Assembly (NCBI GenBank): GCA_038060895.1
Contig: JBBTCT010000009.1
Span: 304,082 to 368,081, forward strand
Length of the DNA: 64,000 bases
DNA from: Planctomycetota bacterium
GTDB lineage: Bacteria; Planctomycetota; MHYJ01; WSZJ01
Reading direction: 5' to 3'
The notes below the pieces were generated by a model. The model was given only the letters and a program-made list of their open reading frames with translations. It did no database searches and was not told the origin of the DNA. This document shows, in pieces, positions 57,222-64,000 of the stretch. Position 1 is the first letter of the stretch. Every line of letters begins with the position of its first letter. A program made the position numbers and the translations under genes.

Positions 57222-59117
57222 ATGAAAATCTTCGCGCTGTTCGCCGCGTTCTGCGCCATGGCCTCCAGTGTTTTCGCGCAGGGGCACCCCGAGTGGGACG
57301 CGCGCGCGCTGGTCCACCTTCTGGCCGACGAGGACTCACGGATTCGCGACGCCGCAGAAGAGGAACTGTCGAAGCGGGGGCGGTCGGTTGAAGCGCTGGT
57401 TGAAGAGGCCCTCGGAAGGCAGGCCCTGGACGCGGAAGCCAAGGCGCGGCTGTCGCTGCTTCAGGGGCGCCTGAAGCGAATTCGACTGGGGAAGACTCGC
57501 CTGGATCGCGAGGCCGAAATTGCGATTCCGGGCGGCGAAGCGGCACTTCTGGCGTTCGGCTGCGACGGCAAGAGGTTGGCGGGTGTGAGCGCGTCGGGGC
57601 GAGTTGCAGTGTGGGCGTCGTCGGGGGAGTTGCTGACGGCCTTCGACGTGCCGGTGAGCCCGGAGGCCCTTGCTCTGGGTCGCTCCGGAAACAGGATTGC
57701 CGTCGCTGGTGGATCACTTGTCGCGTTGGCTGACATTTCCGATCTCGCTCATCCTGTCGTGACGACCGTGGAAGTCGATTCGCAGGTCCGCGACGAGGAT
57801 GCGCTCGCGATCATCGCCCTGGGAAATGACGGACTGACCTTTGTCCCCAGGCCTGCCGGGTGGTTCATCTATTTCCTGGCCTCTCCTTCCGGAAACCGCG
57901 CGGCCTGGGGCTCGCGGGAGGGGATGTTCGCCGCGGATCTCGGGCATCCGGAGGGTTCACCTTCACCGGAGCGCCCACCGGGCTGGGGGCTGCTGGGGCT
58001 GAGCGACTCAGGCGAATTCGCCTGCGCCGCGGGTCGGTCGCTTTGGATTCGTGGCCGCCTTGTTACCGAGTGTTCGCGGGAATCGGCGGCTTCTCCAGGC
58101 GCAGATGCCGTCGCTTCCACCACGATCCTGGGAAGAATCGAAGTGTGGACCGCAGACGGTCAGCCGGCGTGGTCGAGGATGCTCCCGGGGCCTGCGAGTC
58201 GCCTGGCCCTCGCACCGGGCGGGGCGACGGCCGTCGTTTCCGTGGTGAACCGGGGAGTTTTCCTGCTGACGGCGACCGATCAGATCCCGCTTTCCGGTCT
58301 CGCGGCGCCTTGCGACAGCCTCTTCTTCACAGGCGACTCGCGATTCCTCGTTGCTTCGGGCCGCGCGACCGTTGTGCTCGATACCGCGACCGGAAACGTA
58401 CGCGAACTTCCATTGAGATCGTCCTCATCAGCGGCATGGGGACGAGGGGACGAATTCGTTGCGTGCACCCGGCAAGGTCTTCGAAAGTGGTCCTCGTTGC
58501 GGAGCACCGACGAAGGTCCCGTGACTCTGGGCGAGACTGGGCCGTGGATCGAAGTCCAGCCCTCCCCGGCCGGTAACGCAGTGGCGTTTGTCCGCGATGA
58601 TCTCACCGCCGGACTTGCCACGGAAGATGGGAGCGTGCGGGAACTGGGAGGCGGGTTCGAGCCCGGAAGTCTCCGCTGGAGTCCGGACGGCGCTTCCATT
58701 CTCGCCGCGACCTACGAAGGCAGGCTCAGAATTACCCTGTTCGACGCCGTCGGCGCAAAGGTCTCTTCCGAGCCCTCCGAGTGGTCCTACACCCGGGCTC
58801 TGGCCTGGTCGCCGGACGGACGCAGGGTGGCGTGGGCGTCGAAGCGAGATGCGCGATTTGCCGAGTCGTGCGACCTGGCGGCGGGGGTGTCCCTCGGCGA
58901 AAACGTAGCCTGGCTCGGTTTCCTCGACGACGGAGTTCTTCTCTCGCTCGACGGCGATCGCCGCACGTTCCGGTTCCACCAGCTCCCGGATCCGGAGCCT
59001 GCAGGCGCACGCGTCCCGTGCGACGCGCCGATCCGGCGGGTGGCTCTCTCCCCGGATCGCCATCGCCTTGCCCTCTCGGACGACTCCCGCATTTTCCTCG
59101 TCCGGATCGAGCGTTGA
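57222..59117 (+). CDS. Secreted beta-propeller (WD40-like) protein with short N-terminal helical domain
   Basis: Signal peptide; LADEDSRIRDAAEEEL; repeated LAWSPDG/LRWSPDG/ALSPD blades. Confidence 0.72.
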   Translation: MKIFALFAAFCAMASSVFAQGHPEWDARALVHLLADEDSRIRDAAEEELSKRGRSVEALVEEALGRQALDAEAKARLSLLQGRLKRIRLGKTRLDREAEIAIPGGEAALLAFGCDGKRLAGVSASGRVAVWASSGELLTAFDVPVSPEALALGRSGNRIAVAGGSLVALADISDLAHPVVTTVEVDSQVRDEDALAIIALGNDGLTFVPRPAGWFIYFLASPSGNRAAWGSREGMFAADLGHPEGSPSPERPPGWGLLGLSDSGEFACAAGRSLWIRGRLVTECSRESAASPGADAVASTTILGRIEVWTADGQPAWSRMLPGPASRLALAPGGATAVVSVVNRGVFLLTATDQIPLSGLAAPCDSLFFTGDSRFLVASGRATVVLDTATGNVRELPLRSSSSAAWGRGDEFVACTRQGLRKWSSLRSTDEGPVTLGETGPWIEVQPSPAGNAVAFVRDDLTAGLATEDGSVRELGGGFEPGSLRWSPDGASILAATYEGRLRITLFDAVGAKVSSEPSEWSYTRALAWSPDGRRVAWASKRDARFAESCDLAAGVSLGENVAWLGFLDDGVLLSLDGDRRTFRFHQLPDPEPAGARVPCDAPIRRVALSPDRHRLALSDDSRIFLVRIER

Positions 59118-59154
59118 GGGCCGATTCCGGCCCCCGTCAACCCCGGTCGGCTCC

Positions 59155-59183
59155 TTGACTTCCATCCACAGCCTCAATAGACT
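59155..59183 (+). promoter_or_regulatory. Sigma70-type promoter of rpmF-plsX-fabH-fabD
   Basis: TTGACT-N17-TAGACT, 30 nt upstream of the rpmF ATG. Confidence 0.75.
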
Positions 59184-59213
59184 GCGCCGCTCTTCTTCGA
59201 CTCAAAGGGACCC

Positions 59214-59393
59214 ATGCCCAACCCAAAACGCAAATTTTCCAGGTCGAGGACCCGCAAGAAGCGGACCCACGACCGGCACAAGCTGCCCAAGCTGACGCTC
59301 GCTGAATGCCCGCGCTGCCACCAGAAGCGGCGGCCGCACCGCGTGTGCGGCAATTGCGGGTTTTACGACGGCGAACCGGTCATCAAGCTGTAG
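59214..59393 (+). CDS. rpmF: 50S ribosomal protein L32 (Zn-binding form); absent from ORF track
   Basis: Manual translation MPNPKRKFSRSRTRKKRTH...CPRC...PHRVCGNCGFYDGEPVIKL, 59 aa, directly upstream of plsX. Confidence 0.96.
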   Translation: MPNPKRKFSRSRTRKKRTHDRHKLPKLTLAECPRCHQKRRPHRVCGNCGFYDGEPVIKL

Positions 59394-59396
59394 CGC

Positions 59397-60368
59397 ATGA
59401 AGCTCGCCCTCGACGCAATGGGCGGCGATCACGCACCTGCGGAAGTGGTGCGCGGGGCGGTGGAGTATGCGCGGACGGCTCCTGAGGACGTCGTGCTGCT
59501 GGTCGGGATCGCGGACAAGGTGCAGCCGCTGCTGGCGGGCGCGCCGCCGAACGTGGTGTTCGTGCCCTGCACCCAGGTCATCGAAATGGGAGAGCACCCG
59601 GCGAAGTCGCTCAAGGAGAAGCGCGACAGCTCCATCGTCAAGTGCGTCGGGATGTGTACGGCGGGGAAGGCCGACGCGTTTATCGGCGCAGGAAACACGG
59701 GGGCGTGCGTCGGCGGCAGCCTCTTCCTGATGGGACATCTCCCCGGCGTTCTCAAGGCCGGGATCGCGACGCCTCTTCCGATGCGCGGCGGCGAATGCAC
59801 GGTCATCGACGCCGGGGCGAACATCGCGCCGAAGCCGCAGCACATGCTCCAGTACGCGCTGATGGGAGCCATCCACGCGAAGGTGAGGGGGATTTCGGAA
59901 CCACGGGTCGGGATTCTCAACATCGGCGAAGAGGACGACAAGGGGACGGAGTTGGTGCAGCAGGCGCGTGACCTGATCAAGAAGACCGATTTGCGTTATG
60001 TCGGCTTCCTGGAACCGACGGCGATTGCCGAGGGCGCCGCCGACGTGGTGGTCGCGGACGGGTTTGCCGGGAACATCCTGCTCAAGGCGTTCGAGGGGAT
60101 GGGCGAACTGCTGCTGCAGCACTACGAGAAGAGCGGGCTGACGGGCGAACTGTTCGAGAAGACGTCGAAGCGCGCCCGGGAGTTCGCGGACTTTGCTTCG
60201 TACGGGGGAGCACCCCTGCTCGGCACGAAGGGTGTGACGATTATTGCGCACGGCCGTTCGAAGGCCACGGCGATTTCCAACGCACTTCGCCGCGGGTCCG
60301 CCTGCGCGCGCGAGAAAATCGTCGAGAAGATCGCTGCAGAGATCCTGAAGTACCCGATGAGCGCCTGA
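59397..60368 (+). CDS. plsX: Phosphate acyltransferase PlsX
   Basis: ALDAMGGDHAP, AGNTGA, DAGAN, LNIGEEDDKG, DGFAGN, GGAPLLG, HGRS. Confidence 0.95.
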   Translation: MKLALDAMGGDHAPAEVVRGAVEYARTAPEDVVLLVGIADKVQPLLAGAPPNVVFVPCTQVIEMGEHPAKSLKEKRDSSIVKCVGMCTAGKADAFIGAGNTGACVGGSLFLMGHLPGVLKAGIATPLPMRGGECTVIDAGANIAPKPQHMLQYALMGAIHAKVRGISEPRVGILNIGEEDDKGTELVQQARDLIKKTDLRYVGFLEPTAIAEGAADVVVADGFAGNILLKAFEGMGELLLQHYEKSGLTGELFEKTSKRAREFADFASYGGAPLLGTKGVTIIAHGRSKATAISNALRRGSACAREKIVEKIAAEILKYPMSA

Positions 60369-60373
60369 AACCC

Positions 60374-61363
60374 ATGACACAACTCGTCAAGGTCGGCATC
60401 GCTGGAACCGGGTCGTACGTCCCGGAGAAGGTGATGACCAACAACGACTACGCGAAGTTCCTCGATACGTCCGACGAATGGATTCGCGAACGCACAGGAA
60501 TCCGCGAGCGGCGCTTCGCTCCCGAAGGGATGGCGACGTCCCACATGGCGGAAGCCGCGGCGAAGAAGGCGATGGAGTCCGCGAACGTGGCGCCCGAGGA
60601 CATCGACCTGATCATTTGCGGGACGGTGACGCCGGACAACATGTTCCCGTCCACGGCGTGCCACCTGCAGCACCGTCTGGGTTGCGTGAAGGCTGCGGCG
60701 TTCGACCTGTCGGCCGCTTGCACCGGATTCATCTACAGCCTTGCGGTCGGCTGGAACATGGTGCGCACGGGCGCGATGAAAAACGTGCTCGTCATCGGCG
60801 CTGAAAAGCTCTCGATGCTGCTGAACATGCAGGACCGAACCAGCTGCATCCTCTTCGGCGACGGCTCGGGCGCGGCGGTCGTGCGCCCCTCCGACAACGC
60901 CAGCGAGATTCTCTTCTCGAGCCTCCACTCCCTCGGCGGCACCGAGGACATCATGAGCCTGCCGGCTGGCGGAAGCGCGATGCCCGCTTCGCATGCCAGC
61001 GTGGACGGTAAGTACCACTACCTGCGGATCAAGGGTCGCGAGGTGTTCAAGTTCGCAGTGACGAAGATGGTGGAGCAGGTGGAGATGTGTGCGGAGAAGT
61101 GCGGGGTGCCGGTGTCGAAGATTGCGACGATCATCCCGCACCAGGTGAACCTGCGCATCCTGGAGTACGCCAGCGAGAAGCTGAACTACCCGCTGGACCG
61201 GATGATGATCAACATCGACAAGTACGGCAACACGAGCGCGGCGAGCGTGCCGATCGCGTTGGACGAGGCTGTGCGGTCGGGGCGTGTGAAGCGAGGGGAC
61301 CTGGTGGTGATGGTGGCGTTCGGGGCCGGGCTGACGTGGGGGAGCGTTGCGGTGAGGTACTGA
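60374..61363 (+). CDS. fabH: 3-oxoacyl-ACP synthase III
   Basis: DTSDEWIRERTGI, AACTGF, LFGDG, PHQVN, YGNTSAAS, FGAGLTWG. Confidence 0.96.
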   Translation: MTQLVKVGIAGTGSYVPEKVMTNNDYAKFLDTSDEWIRERTGIRERRFAPEGMATSHMAEAAAKKAMESANVAPEDIDLIICGTVTPDNMFPSTACHLQHRLGCVKAAAFDLSAACTGFIYSLAVGWNMVRTGAMKNVLVIGAEKLSMLLNMQDRTSCILFGDGSGAAVVRPSDNASEILFSSLHSLGGTEDIMSLPAGGSAMPASHASVDGKYHYLRIKGREVFKFAVTKMVEQVEMCAEKCGVPVSKIATIIPHQVNLRILEYASEKLNYPLDRMMINIDKYGNTSAASVPIALDEAVRSGRVKRGDLVVMVAFGAGLTWGSVAVRY

Positions 61364-61446
61364 TCAAGACCGGAGATTGGAGTCGGGAGTTTTGATTAAT
61401 CGGCCGCCTGCGGGGCGGCCGCAATTGTTTTCAGGAGAGGCGAGCA

Positions 61447-62373
61447 ATGAAGACCGCGGTGCTGTTCCCCGGGCAGGGCGCGCAGGGCATTGGCATGGGA
61501 AAAGATCTGTTCGAGAAGTCTGCCGCGGCGAGACGGACGTTCGAGGAAGCGAACGCGATTCTCGGGATCGACCTTGCGAAGATCTGCTTCGAGGGGCCCG
61601 AGGAGACCCTGAACCGGACCGACACCTGCCAGCCTGCGATTCTCGTGCACTCGATCGCGGCGATCCGCGCCCTGGAAGAGAAGGGCGCGGCCCTGAAGGC
61701 GGACGTCGCGGCAGGGCTTTCGCTGGGCGAATATACCGCCCACGTTTTCGCCGGATCGATCGCGTTCGCCGACGCGGTCAGGCTGGTCAGGAAGCGCGGC
61801 GAAGCGATGCAGGCGGCGTGCGAGGCGAAGGCGAGCACGATGGCGACGGTGCTCGGGCTCGATCTCGGGAAACTGCGCGAGGCGGTCGCGGAGGCCGCTT
61901 CCAGGGGAATCGTCGTGGTGGCGAACATCCTCGGTCCCGGGCAGGCGGCGATCAGCGGGGAGACCGGTGCGGTAGAGGCGGCGGGCGAAGCGGCGAAGAA
62001 GATGGGAGCGAAGCGGGTCGTGATGCTGAAAGTCGCGGGAGCGTTCCATTCGCCCCTGATGGCGCCGGCGGTGGAAGCGCTGAAGGCGGCGCTCGCGAAC
62101 GCAGAAATAAAAACATCGGTCATCCCGGTCGTCAGCAACGTGACTGCGGCGCCCGTCTACGAGCCCGGGAAGATCCGCGAACTCCTCGGCCGCCAGGTCG
62201 GGGAGCCCGTCCTCTGGGAGGAATCCAACCGCCGCATGGGCGCGGACGGCGTGAAGCGCTTCGTTGAGGCCGGCCCCGGGAAGGTGCTGACGGGCCTGGC
62301 GCGCAAGATCGTTGACGGCAGCGAAACGGTGAACGTCGAGGGCTGGGCGAATGTCGAGGCCTGGACGGGCTAA
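61447..62373 (+). CDS. fabD: Malonyl-CoA:ACP transacylase
   Basis: FPGQGAQ, QPAI, GLSLGEY, RGEAMQ, AGAFHS, GPGKVLTGL. Confidence 0.95.
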   Translation: MKTAVLFPGQGAQGIGMGKDLFEKSAAARRTFEEANAILGIDLAKICFEGPEETLNRTDTCQPAILVHSIAAIRALEEKGAALKADVAAGLSLGEYTAHVFAGSIAFADAVRLVRKRGEAMQAACEAKASTMATVLGLDLGKLREAVAEAASRGIVVVANILGPGQAAISGETGAVEAAGEAAKKMGAKRVVMLKVAGAFHSPLMAPAVEALKAALANAEIKTSVIPVVSNVTAAPVYEPGKIRELLGRQVGEPVLWEESNRRMGADGVKRFVEAGPGKVLTGLARKIVDGSETVNVEGWANVEAWTG

Positions 62374-63389
62374 ATCGTCCCGTTCGCGATCGCCCCCCGG
62401 ATCCACGGGATCACCTCGTCCAGCATCGTCTCGAGCGGCGTCGCCGCCTCGAAACCCAGCAGCCGCTTCGCCTTCCCGACGTCCGGCGACCGCAACGCAA
62501 CGTCGTGTTCGAACGGGGCGTCGCTGACGGACCGGAACGGCTTGTCACCATGGACCTTCTTCCAGATTGCCCGGGCCAGCTCCAGGACCGTGGTCGATCG
62601 TTCCGTGGAGATGTTGAAATCCTCGTTCAGCGCCGCGGGATGTTCCATGCACGCTCGAATGCCCTTCGCCAGATCGCCCCCGTACGTGTAGTGGCGAACC
62701 TGGGTCCCGGAGCCGAGGATGTGGAGAGGATCCTGTCCCCGGAGGACTTTCTGGACCAGGTCCGGCACGACGTGGCTCATTGCCAGCTTCAGGTTGCCGC
62801 TGGGGATTTCGCGGCCGCCGAGGGCGCGACCCTCGCCGGTGCCGACGCAATTGAAGGGACGGATGATGGTGAAGGGGAGCCCGTGCTGCGCGTGGGCGCC
62901 GCGGGCGAAGTACTCGCAGGCAAGCTTCTGGAAGCCGTAGGTGCTGGCGGGCGGGGGACACTCGCGAAGGTGCGATTCCGGCGTCGGGAATTTCGTGGCG
63001 CGCTCGAAGACCATCGAGGAACTCATTACGTTGATCTTGCGGAGCTTCCGGTTCTGGAACGCCCAGATTGCCGCGTCGAAGTGCGCTGCGGTAATTCGCT
63101 CGTTTTCGGCGAGGAGGTCATAGGCGTACTCGTGAAAGTAGGAGATGCCCCCGATGCGGGCCGCGGAAGCCACCAGCTGGTCGCAATCGGAGACCAGGTC
63201 CTTGAGGAGGTCCGCGGACTTCACGTCACCCTCGACGAGCCGATAGTTCGGGTTCCCGTCGTAGGATTTGCGGACGCGCCCGTACTTCGAGAAGTTGTCG
63301 ACTCCGACGACGGAATGCCCGGCAGCCAGCAGCTCTTCCACCAGGTAACCGTTGATGAACCCGGCGGAGCCGGTGACGAGGACTTTCAT
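62370..63389 (-). CDS. NAD-dependent epimerase/dehydratase (nucleotide-sugar, extended SDR)
   Basis: VTGSAGFING, SSSMV, YGFQK, RPFN; start ATG 63389 overlaps upstream stop. Confidence 0.9.
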   Translation of the reverse strand: MKVLVTGSAGFINGYLVEELLAAGHSVVGVDNFSKYGRVRKSYDGNPNYRLVEGDVKSADLLKDLVSDCDQLVASAARIGGISYFHEYAYDLLAENERITAAHFDAAIWAFQNRKLRKINVMSSSMVFERATKFPTPESHLRECPPPASTYGFQKLACEYFARGAHAQHGLPFTIIRPFNCVGTGEGRALGGREIPSGNLKLAMSHVVPDLVQKVLRGQDPLHILGSGTQVRHYTYGGDLAKGIRACMEHPAALNEDFNISTERSTTVLELARAIWKKVHGDKPFRSVSDAPFEHDVALRSPDVGKAKRLLGFEAATPLETMLDEVIPWIRGAIANGTI

Positions 63390-64000
63390 CCGCGCGGCTC
63401 CGGCGGCGCGAGGCACCCCCAGACGTCCTCGACAATTTTCCCCGCCGGGATCCGCAGCCCGCGGTACTCGCGATGGGGGACGCCGACCACGATCACGTCG
63501 CTCTTCCCGACGACGTCTTCCAGGGGAAGATACGCGGGACCCTTCAGGTAAGGATCGTGGGTCACGACCTCCCGGGCCTCGAGCATCAGCAATTTTCGCA
63601 GCTTGAAGCAGAGGGAATCGCGCGTGTCGTCGCAGTCAGCCTTGAAGGTCATGCCGAGAATCCCGACGCGCTTGTTGCCCAGGTCCGTGCGCCGCTTCAG
63701 GCAATTGACGATGAACTGAGGCTGTCCTTCGTTGACCAGCATGGCCGCGTGGCCCAGGAAGAAATTGTTATTGGCGAACGCGGCGAGCTGCATCGTGTCC
63801 TTGAGCAGGCACGGTCCCGCGGCAAGGCCTGGCCGCGGCATCGCCTCGGTGCGCGGGTAGTGCCACGTCGTTGCGCGGTGGACCTGGGCAAAATCCACGC
63901 CGGCGTCCGTCGCAAGCATGTGGAACTGGTTCGCGATCGCAAAGGTGATGTATCGGTAGCAATTGCACATCAATTTCGCCAGCTCCGCTTCCAGCGGCTT
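63386..64000 (-). CDS. Nucleotide-sugar dehydrogenase (UDP-ManNAc/UDP-glucose dehydrogenase family), N-terminus outside window
   Basis: EAELAKL, FAIANQ, AAGPCLLKD, LGMTFKADCDDTRDS. Confidence 0.88.
   Translation of the reverse strand, partial: KPLEAELAKLMCNCYRYITFAIANQFHMLATDAGVDFAQVHRATTWHYPRTEAMPRPGLAAGPCLLKDTMQLAAFANNNFFLGHAAMLVNEGQPQFIVNCLKRRTDLGNKRVGILGMTFKADCDDTRDSLCFKLRKLLMLEAREVVTHDPYLKGPAYLPLEDVVGKSDVIVVGVPHREYRGLRIPAGKIVEDVWGCLAPPEPRG

Noticed and set aside
61447-62373. fabG/acpP missing after fabD
   Set aside because: Split fab clusters are common; a convergent sugar-nucleotide operon simply follows
1-64000. CRISPR arrays, rRNA/tRNA genes, transposases, prophage genes
   Set aside because: No regularly spaced repeats, cloverleafs or mobile-element protein motifs seen by eye; a dedicated scan was not possible

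Overview
GC-rich, gene-dense bacterial chromosomal window. Gene content (DUF4175-like and prenyltransferase-repeat envelope proteins, HEAT-repeat proteins, TsaC-phosphatase fusion, three-subunit Sdh, rsmH outside a dcw cluster) suggests Planctomycetota; this is an inference. About 50 CDS: housekeeping genes (rsmH, clpS, thiI, hemA/hemC/ccsA/sirC-like, rpiB, sdhCAB, thpR-recA, alaS, rpmF-plsX-fabH-fabD), a heavy-metal ArsR/P1B-ATPase unit and several tandem paralog sets. I found no rRNA, tRNA, CRISPR array or transposase. Main result: two genes split by the ORF track have an in-frame TGA followed by a SECIS-like hairpin. One is a thioredoxin/PDZ protein with C-x-x-U-x-x-C (9846-11108, minus). 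The other is a secreted non-enzyme-looking protein with U-G-G-S-C (21589-22290) whose reading frame past the TGA matches a Cys-free tandem paralog, making it a candidate new selenoprotein family. Also notable: three tandem degenerate REC-cNMP-DUF4388 proteins, recurring leaderless-type promoters (TANNNT-N6-start), a TsaC domain with degenerate motifs fused to an arginine-phosphatase-type domain, and a 116-bp strand-asymmetric hairpin element. All family calls are by motif recognition; no database search was run.
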